A stretch of DNA of 63,875 nt, the filler included, from Reclinomonas americana ATCC 50394 (lineage: Eukaryota): assembly GCA_048213135.1 (NCBI GenBank). It is 20 parts of 20 records of this genome, joined end to end, with 100 filler letters (N's around TTAATTAATTAA, not from the genome) between each part and the next. Parts side by side here need not be neighbours in the genome. Positions count along the whole stretch, not along the records: positions 1 to 4,891 come from AFZH01018114.1; positions 4,992 to 7,302 come from AFZH01018115.1; positions 7,403 to 12,985 come from AFZH01018116.1; 17 more parts are not named here. One strand, given 5' to 3'. The position numbers were made by a program, and so were the translations under genes. Position 1 is the first letter of the stretch; each line of letters opens with the position of its first letter. The notes under the pieces were generated by a model. The model ran no database searches. It saw only the letters and a program-made list of their open reading frames with translations, and had not been told where the DNA came from. Of the stretch, positions 1-12,444 are shown piece after piece.

Positions 1-817
1 GTCATGCGGTCGGGGTACCTGCGTCGCAGTACCATCAGTCATTCCCGCGTCTCCCACTCGCCGCCGCAACATCCTCCGTGACTCACCGAGCCTTCAGCAG
101 CAGCAGCAACGTCATGGTCTCCACACTGTTGCGCCCTCGATCGACAAAATCGCCCTGCACATGAAATGCAACACACCAACTCAGCAATCGATGCACACTG
201 TATCTACATCTCTGACAAGAGAGAGAAGGTCGCACCATGAAGACATAGCTGGTGTGCGGCACATCGCCGCCCGTGCGGAACAGTTCGAGCAAATCGTGGA
301 ACTGACCATGAATGTCACCGCACACTGTGACTGGCGAGCACACTGGCTGCACATTCGACTCCTCCATCATAATCTCCTTGACCTGCGCGCACAAGCAAGG
401 CACAAGCGCGCGTGTGTGTGAGCGAGTGTCGGTTCTCGCTTGGTGTCCTTGTGTGAGGATTGCAAATATCACTCATGGACTCGAGTCAGAGATGAGTGAG
501 TTCGTGTGTGTGCAGGGGAGGAGAAGTGCGTGTGCGTGTGTGAGTGCGTGCTTGCTTGAGCGTGCGCGTGTCTGTGTGTGCGAGGGTGTGATGGGCGAAA
601 TGTGCACGTTACGCACCCTCTCACACAGCTTCTTGAGCTCATTCTCCGCCAGTGTCTCACACCGCTTGACCTTCTCGATCCATCTGTGAGTGTTGCGTCG
701 AAGAGCACAGAGAGACAGGGCACACACAGAGACAAACAGAGAACACGCGCGCGCCAAAGTGAGTGAGACAAGACAACACACACACACACACACACAAAAG
801 TACCGATCCAAATCCAT
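1..817 (-). CDS. PPP6C: Ser/Thr protein phosphatase 6 catalytic subunit (PP2A-like family), 5' part; runs off the window edge
   Basis: Spliced exons give [109 protein letters not shown] and GDFVDRG are PPP motifs. MDLDxWI and TGGxVP best match PP6/FyPP. Four GT-AG introns. Confidence 0.85.
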
Positions 818-965
818 TGCAGCTGGTTGTGTGTGTCAGAGAGATGAGTGCGCAGAGGAATGAGTAGAAAGTGTGAGGGCCAATGACCGACTTGGCGGGG
901 GTTACTTTGGTCACCGGAATGCATTTCCGCTGCGCGGGACGAGGGTTACCAATCCCAACAAAATC

Positions 966-3610
966 ATGCGATTAAATGCGCGACTGCCACTCATTCTCGC
1001 GCTGCATTGCTTTGCCCTCGTGTGCATCCTGCCCGTTCTCATCACACATGCAAAAGTGCAAGGTGCGACGACTGTTTCTCGCCAATGTGCGCGCATATTG
1101 TTTTTTGACTCACACTCTTCTTCTTCTCTCGCTCGCTCGCTCTTGTGCACAGGCGATGTTACATGGTTTCCTGGAACGTTGCGCACATCTCACCCTTACT
1201 GTGTGTGTTTCGCCCACGCGCTCACTTCTCGCGTTTTTTTGTGTTTTGTAAGTGAGGGTGTGAAAGAGTATGCGCATGAGCTGGCCTACTCGGGCTCTCT
1301 GGTGGTTCTCGGCAACTCGGCGGGCGGCTTTGCCTCGATGAATCCCGACGACTTTTCGCTGGGAAAACTCGGCCCCTTTGTCGTCGATCATCAAATTCGT
1401 GAGTCCGTTCGCGCGGAGACAAGGAGAGACGCAGTGTTGCTCACCTCCATTGTGAGCAGCTGGGACGTATTCTAGAGTGTCGGCCTTCAATCAGACGGCG
1501 GCCTTTGCGTACAACAACACAGTGTGGACGATGGATGCGATGAATGGCGAGTGGAACACGCGATCGTCGGTGGTGCAGACCGATTGGATTAGTTGCGCTT
1601 CTCTCTCTCTCTGTTGTTGCATATCGCAGCGTGGATGCTGATGTGTACCCGGGGAACAGTTGATCGCGTGTTCATCTTCCGCGCGGTCGACGATCCACCA
1701 CTGGCCATGAACATGTTTATCGCCGGCGTGCAGCAGAGTACGGTGATGGTATACACGTCGATGAGTCCGCAGTCGCCGTGGGTCCTCAATCAGACGCTGA
1801 CGGTGCCCGATGCCGGTGCGCTGCTCTCTCTCTCTCTCGTTGTTGATGATGATGAGTTCTCCTTGTGCGCAAGCTAACGGTGTCACCGCAGGACCATCGT
1901 TTGGCACGGCCATGGCCGGCTATCACTCGTATGTGGCGATCTCGGAGCCGTCGAACGGAGCCGGCCTGGTGCACATGTTCAACCAGCAGCCAGGCAAGTA
2001 CGCTGCTCTGGGTGCGCAGACTGTTGGCCCTGCTCACCGCTCTCCACGCGTGCAGGTACACGCGTATGGACGTACTTTTCCACGATTGATGGGTTGGAGG
2101 ATGTGCGTGCCGGCAGCCAGTTTGGCTCGTCGCTTTCGTGGAACAAGTGGTTCTTTATTGTGGGCTCGCGGTATGCGGGTACCCTGCGGCAAGGTGCCGC
2201 TGTGCTGTATCTACCCACGCAACCAGTTTCCCTGGTTTGTGTTTGCGTGCGGCTTCTCAACATCTGCCACGCGTACCTCACACGCTCTCTGTGCCCACCG
2301 ACAGGGTCTCAATCTCACTCGCGGATGGGTCTTTGATGGCGAACCGAGTTCTGGATTCGGTGCCTCGCTCGGCATGGTGCGCGAGTCAAGCTCGGGCGAT
2401 TCACACGCGCACACACTGACACTTGATTTTCTTCTTCTTCTTCTTCTGCGCAGGATGCGAATGACAACTCTGACGGCACGGCCGACATTAACGTCGTGGT
2501 CGGTGCACCAGCCATCGGTCAGGCGTTCTTGTACAAGTGCATCACCACACAATATGTGAATGCTACGGTTGCGTAAACAGTTCCTCTCTCCTTTCCTCGA
2601 GCTGTACAATTGTCCTTACCGTGCCTTGGCGCGCAGTGCGAGCGCGCTGACGTGCTGATTGGTCGATACACGAGTGACGGCGTTGGTCTCAGTGTGGCAT
2701 TTCCACCGCAGCGCATCCTCCTTGGTGCTCCATGTTACGTTTTTTCATTCTCATTTCTTTGCACGAGCTCCTTGTACGATTGCTGAAACGGGACACTTTT
2801 GTGCAGTTGGCCCGAATCGCACCAAGGACTCGCAGGGATTGCTGTACTCGTTTGGCTACTGCTACGATCGGTACGCACGAGTCAAGCAATCCGAGATTCT
2901 GGTGTGCCGCCGCTGCCAGCCCGACTGTGGAGAGACTGGTGGATTCGCCGAGGGCTGCTGCGGCAGCTTTTTCACATACCGCATCACCTACTTCTTGTTC
3001 TTGGTGTCGCTGGTCGGCTTGTGCATGCTCACGTGCTGCTGCAAGACTCTTCCGCGAGCGGTTTTCGAGGGCTGCCTACGCGGCTGTGCCTATTTGTTGT
3101 GTCGGTGCGTGTACATCTCATGCGGCGCACGTGCATGGCATGTCACGCGCTCACTCTCTTCTCCAACACGCGAGCAGACGCGCAGTTGTACAGTACCGAA
3201 ACACGGGTGAGCTACCGGCCGGACCGTGGCGTCGTCTCCAAATGTTCCTGCTCGGCCGACGGGATCCACCCATTTTCCTCGACGACTCGTTTGCGCTGGC
3301 CCCTGTACGCCGCCAGGTTGAAGTGATGGACTCGCAAGTCCAAAGTTCAACTCACCTGGTTGACGTGGACAAGGCCGACCGAGCCTACCTCATGTGCCGC
3401 CAGTGCCACCAACGCGAGATCAACGTGTTGCTCGTCCCCTGTGGTCACGAGGTCCAGTCCGTGTGATTGTTGTTTTTCTGTTCGCCGTGCGGTGATGCTG
3501 ACTCTATACTCTTGGCGCAGGCGTACTGTCTCGAGTGTGCCGAGGACTTCTTGAGGTGCCCACTGTGCCAGCAGCCTGTCGAAAGATGGGTTCGTATCTA
3601 TCCCATCTAA
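966..3610 (+). CDS. Type I membrane protein: signal peptide, FG-GAP-like repeats, Cys-rich juxtamembrane segment, TM helix and C-terminal C3HC4 RING finger
   Basis: About 13 exons. N-terminus is hydrophobic (MRLNARLPLILALHCFALVCILPVLITHA). Repeats: SFGTAMA..VAISEP, QFGSSLS..FIVGSR, GFGASLG..VVVGAP, VGLSVA..ILLGAP. TM: ITYFLFLVSLVGLCMLTCCC. RING: CRQCHQREINVLLVPCGHE|AYCLECAEDFLRCPLCQQPVERWVRIYPI, stop TAA 3608-3610. Confidence 0.75.
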
Positions 3611-3729
3611 GTGTACAAAATGTCGTTGCCTTGCGTGTACTTGGGAAGATTGTTTGCTTTTTTCGTTTCATTTGACTGCGAGGGCTTTGTTTGCACACAC
3701 GCACGTGCACACGCACATATGCAGACACA

Positions 3730-6700
3730 CTATTTCATCCACCGTATGCCAGCCACCGCCATGCCGACCTCGGCCACGTCGCACACGGTGCACACGTGAC
3801 CCTGATACGACGGCGAGAAGGAGGCGAAGCAGTACGGGCACTTGATCGAGGCGTTGCCTGCATGCATGGCGATAAGCAGACTGCCGAACAACAAACAAAA
3901 AGACACATGGACTGATGCAACGCACCACGGAAGATTGGAGTTAACGTGCCGGCGCACACGACAAACGGATTGCGGTCGTCGTAGTTGATGCCAGTCTCCT
4001 GCACTGTCACCTTGGCCGCCGTGCTGGCCGCCATCTCAATGACCTTGCGCGCCTGTGCCGTCACCTCCGGCTTGGGGTTGAGATCCACCAGACGCTTGGC
4101 GAATGACGAAGCCACCGGCAAGTTGTTCTGCTTGTACGCAATCGTCATGCCAGAACTGCGTGAAGACGATGATCAGCAGCAGTAGGGACGACTTCGATTC
4201 CACCGAGGCATACGCACCGGAGTGCCAACACGAGATGTGTTGGTGCCAGCTGGCAGTGCGTAAAGTAGGCGGCCAGCTCGAGACCGCGAACCGGGTTCGA
4301 CGTGGTCTCCTTGCGTGTGGCCTCCAGGTTCAACGCAATCACGTACTCGCGCGACTCGTTCACCAACTCACGTAGCTGTCGCCAGGCACGGTGAGCACAA
4401 GAACCGAAACATCTCCCTTCTCCTCATCGCTCGTCACGCACCTTGCCCGTCTCCTCGCGGCTCTCCACGCAGATGCAGAGGCAGCCGTGCAACACCGACT
4501 TGAACAGCAACTGAGCCTCGCCGAAGCGACCGGCAGTGAATGCTGCATGACCTGCTGCTTGCCGCTCGGCGAGCGCAGCAACGGACAGTGGCGACGCCGG
4601 CTGGCTGCGCGACTGGTCCGCGATAGTGTCGGCGTTGCGCTGCGCAGAATGGAAAGAGACGAGTGAGCACATGCACGTGAACACGAAAGCACAGTGGAAA
4701 AGCGCACCGCCAACGTGTGCATGAGTGGTGGCAAGCCAGGGAAGGTGGAGCCGACAGCATGTGCCGACATGTACAGCGACATGAATAGCTGGCGCAGTGG
4801 TGCAAAGTTGACCACACCGGCAGTGCGATTGAGGATCTGCGTGCAAGGAAGCGAGTGAGTAACTAGGACTCTTTCTCTCTCTCTCTCTCTCNNNNNNNNN
4901 NNNNNNNNNNNNNNNNNNNNNNNNNNNNNNNNNNNTTAATTAATTAANNNNNNNNNNNNNNNNNNNNNNNNNNNNNNNNNNNNNNNNNNNNTTGCCGCCA
5001 GCAGCCGACGACGAGCCACCCGGCATTGTCAACTTGCTGCCACCGGCCGGCGCACCGACCAAATCGCCCAAATCCAACTCACCCCAGCCGTCCTCGCCGT
5101 CCTCGTCGCCACCGCCAATGCCACTGCCACCCGCCGCCGGCAGTCCGGGCACAACTGCATGTAACCGGGTTTTCAACACACCATTCTCACCAGTAGACAG
5201 GGACAGAACAAGAGTTGGGGACGCAACAGCCGGGCTCGTCAAAGCGCAGATCGGTGTCCCAGCCGCCAGCATCGGCGGCCACCACTGGAATCTCCGACTC
5301 GGGAATGTCACGCAGACGTCCATCCTCCGTGAACACATTTTCGAAGAAGCTCTTGGTGATCTGTGCGTCGACAACCACGTCAGCGACTGTCGCTTGATCA
5401 CTGGTCAACAAAACGCAACGTTCAGGAACGGCCAGTCTTGCTCCTCGGCAGCGTAAATTGGCGTCGGAGGGAACAGCAGCTCCGCATCGGGTGCCGGCTC
5501 CGGCAGACCCAAGTCAATCTCTCCCGCCTCCTCCTCTGCGTCGCGTTGTCATCAGCAAACAAACCTTCCATGAAATATTCACACGCAGCAGCCACACGCA
5601 CCGCTCACGCCTAGCTGCGCCAGCTTTTCCCGCTTGATACGATCGCGCAGCGCCTGTGCAATCTCGTCAAGTCCGTGCGTGGCCGCCGTCAGGTACGCCA
5701 GTCGCACTACAGCAAGCAATGTGAGCACCGGATGGAAGAGACACACGTGGGCGGTGCACAGGGTAATCGCACCTTGTCCGACACGCAGCAGCACCTTGAT
5801 GCGCTCCTCGGCGTCGCCAAGGTACAACGCAGTGTGGAACTGTGCCATGCGGTCGTCACGGCCCTCGGCCAGCGCACTGAGCTGGCGCAACTTCTCCACG
5901 TTGCCAGTCATCATGTACAGGAATGACAGGCGATCGTAGTCCTCGTTGCGGTGATACGCAAGTGCCATGGACTGGTGAGAGGTGAACAGTGAGACGAAGG
6001 TAGATGAGAGAGAGAGAGAGAGCGTGTGACAGAAACGCACCCGCAGGTTGCCGTGCTGCAACGCCTCCTCGGCCAGCTTCTCGTACGACTCCTTGTCCTT
6101 CAGGGTCTTGGCGAGTTCTGCGCGACGAGGACTCTCGTGGTGAGACCGATGCTTTTTGTCAACACTTCGTGCCACGAAGAAAGAACAGACCAGTGGCTCG
6201 CTGCAAGTCGCCGCACTCGAGCGCCAGGTTGAAGCGCGTCTTGGGATCTTGTGCGAAATTCATGGCAATCTGCATTCGCTAGTGGTGAGCGCTCACGACG
6301 ACGAGAAAAAGGTGAGCGTGCACGGCAGACGTGACCTCGGGGAAGCCCTTCTTCTGCAAGAAGCCAATGATCGACTGGCCGTGCAGCTTGGCGTGGCTGA
6401 GAATGCGGAAGATCTCGTCGTTGCGTCGCTCGAGGAGAGCGCGCTTGAAGTTGTACTCGGTGGTGTCGACGTAGGTGAGGCCGACCTGACCGTTGCGGTC
6501 GAGGTAGTGCACGGCCTTGTCGCGCACACGCACCACGTAGACCGCCTGCTTCAGAGTCTGCACAATGCCATTGTCGCTGATGACACACAATTCGTCAGTT
6601 AACTCTGGCGGTCAGTGCCAACAAGCGAGAAGCACCGTCACTCACCCCGACGGCAGCAGGTACTTGAGGTGGTTCAGCGTAGAGTAGATGAAGACACCAG

Positions 6701-8821
6701 TGTCGTCAAACACGCCGCTCTTGATGCGCACGGCCTCGTAGACAGTGCACAGGAACTCCAGCTTCTGGGTGGCCAGGGTCACATCTGTATGGAACATTAG
6801 CACGAGGATGCAGAAGAGATCATCTGTCCGCAAGCAGACACGAAACTCTGCTTGCTCATCAGAGCGACCACTTGGTAATCCGACGACCACGCCACCATGC
6901 GCAGACCGGCGGCGACAATGCTGCCGAGAATGCGACCCTGTATGACGCACGACGACGATTGAGTTCTTCTCTCATCCCTGCTCTCCGTCGATCACAATGA
7001 CACGACGCAACATTGGCCTCCATCAGCACAACGCGGTCCTCGAGACGCAGCAGCATCTGGCGAGGTGGGCCCGGGAAAATGGCCTCCACCACCGAGTTGG
7101 CCACCGGCACAATCTTGCTCTCCGGGTTGTCGAGGTAGCGCAGATTGACGCGCTTCTCACGATCGAGCACCACAATGCGATTGCGGCCGGAGAAGAAAGC
7201 CTGCTTGCCGGCGGCATACTGCGAGACACACTGCATGAGCAAAAGGGGGCGCGAGTGACGAGCAGAGGAGTAGGGGAGAACGCACTCTGACTTCTGAGGA
7301 GCNNNNNNNNNNNNNNNNNNNNNNNNNNNNNNNNNNNNNNNNNNNNTTAATTAATTAANNNNNNNNNNNNNNNNNNNNNNNNNNNNNNNNNNNNNNNNNN
7401 NNGCCCTCGAGAATGTAGCGCACGGTGGCGTCGTTGGAGCCGAAGAGCTCGGCGTTGAGTGCCGACAGCTGCAAGGAGCCGTCCGAGGGCGTGGCGCCCT
7501 TTTGGCGCAGCGCTACGAGGATAACACAAAGAAGCAGTGAACAACAACAACAGCGACGATGGAGAAGGCAGAGAGAGACGCAACCGCCAATGTCCCACAC
7601 GCGAATGGTCTGGTCCAGCGACGCCGAGACCAGCAGGTATTCCTTCGGGTGGAAGAACGCCGACATGACGTAGTGATTGTGGCCCGTCAGCACCGCCACC
7701 GACGTGCTACGCGATTCTCTTCGTTAAGAAAGCACAGCACGAGAGGATGCAGGAAGAGGATGAACACACCGATTCTGGAAATTCCAGATGCGCACAGTCT
7801 GATCGTCGGATGCCGACACGATCCACGGCTGCTCCCAGTGGAACTGCACCGTGCGCACAAAGTCCAGATGGCCGCGCAGTGTGAACAGGCACTTGCGCTG
7901 CTTGTAGTTCCACACTGCACCGCAAACGATCTCGATCAGAGACAACTCTCTCCACAGCCAGCGCATTCCCTTGCGATCTTTCACCTTTCACCAGCCAGTC
8001 ATCGCCACCACTGCAGAACTGCGGCAGCGAGTGGTGGAAATCAACACCACGCACGGGTCCTGCACGACGCGTGTGAATGTGAGTGTTATGAGTGTGCGGG
8101 CGACATGGCGCGAACTCGACACGTGTGTGAAAAAGTGCGTGCACCGTGTCACAGATGGCCGAGTGCAGAACAAGGCATGGATAAGCACACACATGAAAGA
8201 GAGACAGGCTCATTCTCATCCACCGCGTGAAGAGAGCGCGCGCGCCATGTCCACACTCTTCTTCTTCCTCCTCTCTCGTCTTCATCTCTTTGTCTCTGGT
8301 GGTGTGTGTGAGCTCTCTCACCATCATGATCCTCGAACTTGTCGATGAGCGTGAGCATCTGGTAGTCTGCAGAGACGGGTGTGAGCGCACACGCAAGATA
8401 AAGAAACATGATACTTCTCCCTCAGCGACTCACCCCACAGCTGGATGCAACTGTGTGCGCAAACACAGGCGATATGAGCGAAAAGGAGGGCATGCACCGA
8501 GCGTGACACACACGCAGACAAGAGAGAAGGAGGGAAGGAGAGAAGGAGTGCGCGCGCGCAATGACCAACAACAACGAGGCACTCACCCTGTGTGCAGCGA
8601 CACGAGGATCCATGGTCGATCGGGGTGGAAGCTGCGTATACGCGTCAGCCACGTGAGCAAGCAGCACGCCAGTGAGATGAGTGCGGTGATGAACGAATTT
8701 GCTCTCCCATCAACCCAGGTGACATGTGTGTGCATTTTGTGTGCGCGCGTGTGTGCGCGTGTGTGCATACGTGCCTCAGGCCCTTGACGCGGGCGCTCTT
8801 GGTCTCGAACTTGAGAAGCAT
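3730..8821 (-). CDS. COPA: Coatomer subunit alpha; spans two assembly gaps, so part of the CDS is missing
   Basis: [53 protein letters not shown]40 segments [14 protein letters not shown] and [52 protein letters not shown]-terminal [18 protein letters not shown]; stop TAG 3730-3732. Confidence 0.97.
4892..4991. other. Artificial contig spacer N44-TTAATTAATTAA-N44 (first of 19 in the window)
   Basis: Identical 100-nt blocks with stops in all six frames. COPA and RalGAP lose hundreds of residues across them, so the true gap sizes are larger. Confidence 0.99.
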
Positions 8822-8928
8822 CCTCGCGAGGCAGCAAGAAACGCTGGGTGGCTGAGCTGTACATGCTCGAATTTTCGCGCCCCCATGCGTTTCATTCATC
8901 GGAAACTGAACTGCTCTCTCACATCGCA

Positions 8929-11381
8929 ATGTCGGAGAAGAAAAAGAAGAAGAAGGGCAAGAAGGGTGGCGATAAGAAGGGCTCTGCCGGCGCCGACGAT
9001 GACACACCGCAGCTGAGCGAGTTGGAGTGTTGCGTGCCCCGCCCACGTGTGCGTGTGGATTGATGAAAGAGATTATTCATGGTGTCCGATCGCAGTGGCC
9101 ACGGCCAAGGCTCTCGAGCTGGAGCGCACTGTGCAGGCCATGGAGGAGAACCAACACAATCTGTTGCGTCCATGCGCTCGTGCTCACCCTCGACTTCAGC
9201 CGCCCACTCATCTCCTCAACACACAGGGAGGTGACGAATGAGCGTCTGTCATTCCGCTGCCGTAAGCTGGAGCAAGCGGTGGCCGATGCCAAGGCGGAGA
9301 AGGTCGGGTGCAAGAGTGTGTGCTTTGCACACCAGGCCTGCCTCTCACCCGTCCCCATCGCTGCGCGCAGTCGGATCTGTATCAGTACATGAGCGCCGAG
9401 ATGAAGCGCGTGGACAGGGAGCGACAGGGTGAAATCGCCGAGTTGCAGCGCGAGCTGAGCCAGCGCCTCCTGGAGAACTCCACTCTCGGTACGATGCGAT
9501 GTCTTGCTGTGGTCAAGCGCACACGTGTATGCTGACTTCACTTGCTGTGCCGCAGAGGTTGCGGTGGTGTCCAAGACGGACGAGCTGCGCGTCAGCCGGA
9601 TCATGACGGCCGAGGAGGTGGCGCTGGCCACGCAAAGGAAAGATGTACTGCAGCGCTACACGCTGGAAAGAGTGCGTTATCGTCCCCCTCGCCGCGTGCG
9701 AAGCTGGAGTTCACCCGTTCATGTGCGCACAGAGTCAACTCGAGTACTCGGTCAACACGCTAAAGGACGAGCTGCACATGTTCAAGTACGAGCGGTACAA
9801 GATGGAGGCCGAGGTCGAGAAGCACTTTATGCGAGTTGCGTGTGCGGCAGGCGAACGCACTTCAATTCACGCCGTGCTCACGCATGGAGTGTGCATACAG
9901 GAGATTCAAAAGCTGCGCAACGAGAACAAGAACCTTCGGCAAGAGGTGGCCGACTGCAAGGAGCGTGAGCGTGCACGCAACAGCTTTGCACAACTGGTTC
10001 GCGAAACCATTCACCATGCACCCCACGCTGTGCTTCCGTTTCCTCACTCCTCTCTATAGCAAGCCGACGGCATTCTTGACGAGAACACGCGAATGACTGC
10101 GGAGATCGCCACCAACGAGCATCACATTGCCGAGCTGATGGCCGAGATCCAGCAACTGAAGCAAGACGTGGAGAAGCAGCGACAGGAGAACGATCTGCAG
10201 GTGGAGGCCAACAAGCTGCTGACACTGCGCAACCAGCAGCAGGCAGCGATTGTCCGCAAGCTGACCAAGTCGCTGGAGGCGCTGCAAAAGGCCGTGGTTG
10301 CACGGGAGTCCGATCACGCGCGACGCGATGAAGAGAGTCGACAGAACGAGCAACGCACCATGGCCTCGATGGCCGACGAGATTGACGATCTGAAGCGAGA
10401 GATCTTTGTGTTGGATCAGGTTTGTTTGCAGGGGTCGGGAGAAGGTGATGTGCTTGAGCTCATCTCGTTGGTGCTGTCACAGGAGCTGCAACGACTGGAG
10501 CAAGCACGAGAAGATGTCGTGCAGCAGGCCAGACAGCGCAAGGATCTCGAGGACGACGTGTACCAGTTCCTGCTGGATGCCATGGATGAAGTGCGCAGCG
10601 TGCTGCAATCTCGGTGAGCCAGACAATTCTTCTTTCTGAGAAGACATGTGCTCTCCCTCACACCGACACATTATCAGCGAACAACTACGCTCGCCGGACT
10701 CGACAGGCTCCCGACCCGACACGGTCAGTGTGCCTCCGTTTCCGCCCGTTTCTCTTTCCCAAGCAATATCTCACTCTCCTTACAGGTTTCGCCATCGAGT
10801 TCGCCTCCACCGTCGCGCAAGCGACTCCCAGCAGCACAAACCCGCACGCCGAGCCGAGTGCGCGATTCGCCACCGATCCAAGGGCACGTGGCGAGATCGC
10901 TCTCTCGATCCAGGCCGATTTCAGTGGAATCCGTCGACAGCGACAGCACGGCCACACAACGACGGACCGCAACACCCGACCTCGTGCGCTCGCCCACCGC
11001 ACAATCCGGCGACTCGCTGTTGTCGCTCTCCGGCAGCACCTTGTCACTGGTACTTGTCTGCTCCCACTTTTATCTGTGTTCTTCGAAAACTCCCCTGAAA
11101 AGTACTCCTCGCAGTCGCGTGGTCCACTGGCCTCGTGCACATCGCAGGAGCGCGACGTCATTCTCGACTTTTTGTTCACCAAGGTCAAGCAGACGCGTTT
11201 CTTGCAGCAAGCCACCGCCGCCGGTAATCGGAAGCCGGCACATCGCGGATCGCTGCCATGTTGCGTGCACTCCCTTGTCGTGCAGTGCCGGGATGTTGCC
11301 CTTCTCACTCGTCTCTTGCTGCGCACAGCCATCCATTCTCTGTCAAACTCTGCAGTTGCGCACAATGCCAGCACACCATGA
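8929..11381 (+). CDS. Coiled-coil basal-body/flagellar protein, BBOF1/CFAP157-like
   Basis: 12 exons that phase correctly. Lys-rich start MSEKKKKKKGKKGGDKK, a long coiled coil, DVYQFLLDAMDEVR, and C-terminal SQERDVILDFLFTKV, recalling BBOF1 'FFLDAL..V' and 'EQKE.VL.LLF.KM'. The family call is from memory. Confidence 0.6.
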
Positions 11382-11513
11382 AGCGGGGCAGTGAAAGAGA
11401 ATTTGTTGCTATAGTACGACATTCGATTCACTCTTTTCTTTCCTCTCTCCCTCCCGCCTCCCGCTGTCCTTCGCTCATTCCGCCCCTCACCGCGCTCCCA
11501 TTTGCCACGTCGC

Positions 11514-12368
11514 TCATGGCCTGCGCTTCTTCTTGCGTCGGTCCTTGAGGATGGTGTTGTAGACCTCCACGCCCTGGTAGTCCTTCGGTGTGAGGGTGCT
11601 AAAGTCCAGCGACTTGAGTTGCTGACCGAGCGCCGACTGCAGCACCGCCAGCACGGTGACTCTGTACAGTTTGTCGGCCTCGATCGGATTGCCGTGCAGC
11701 GTCAGCGACTTGAGATGGCGGAACTCGCACAGCTTCCCAATCTCATCCATGCTGCCAATGACATTGTCGTGCAGATACAGCACCGACAACTCCGGCAGCG
11801 CCGTCAGCTCCAGCGGCACCTGCGTCAGATGGTTGCTGCTCACGTCGATCCACGTTAGCCGTCGGAAGTTGACCATGACGATCTCCATCACGGGCTCGAA
11901 GCGTGCCAGCGACGTCAGCTCATTGTTGTCGAGCTTCAGCTGCTTCGCCGCGTACTTGGGCCGCGGAGCCTCGGCTGCTGCTGCTGCCTGTTGTTGCTGT
12001 TGTTGTTGCTGCTGCTGCTGTGCGGCTGCGGCGGAGGCGCTTCCCTCCTGCGATGATGATGATTGTCAGCACCAGCTCGTCTCTCACTCGTGTCACACAC
12101 ATGCACACACACGCAACGTCCTTGGCCTTGAGCGTGGCCACCTTGCCAGTGCGCGGCTCCTCGTCCACCAGTGCTGCACACACACATACACGCACGTGAG
12201 CGGGGATGACGCCAACAAACAACAACAACATACACACTCACCATCCAACGATGTGAGCTTGTAAAACGAAAAGTCCAGTGGCGGCACCTTCCCCGGCACC
12301 TTCACCACCGCCGTCGACGACAACGCAGACGCGCCACTGCCACTAGCGTGGCTTTGCCCGACCGACAT
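11514..12368 (-). CDS. LRRC51: Leucine-rich repeat protein 51-like (cilia-associated)
   Basis: 3 exons: ..VPPLDFSFYKLTSLD|ALVDEEPRTG..; LKLDNNELTSL; LTWIDVSSNHLTQV; LSVLYLHDNVI; LKSLTLHGNPIE..YR; LKSLDFSTLTPKD; stop TGA. Confidence 0.85.
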
Positions 12369-12444
12369 CACGCAAGAAAAACGCTCGACAGTGACAATGC
12401 CGCGGTGACGTGGCGCGGCGTGGACAATCAAATCGCAATCAATC

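Noticed and set aside
1473..1475. Apparent in-frame TAG in the FG-GAP gene suggesting stop-codon reassignment
   Set aside because: It disappears with the acceptor at 1449 (PGTYSRVSAF frame). TAA, TAG and TGA all end conserved genes here, so the standard code applies.
4936..4947. TTAATTAATTAA repeated 19 times, and ORFs ending in X..LIN
   Set aside because: Artificial six-frame-stop linker inside fixed 100-nt N spacers; not biological.
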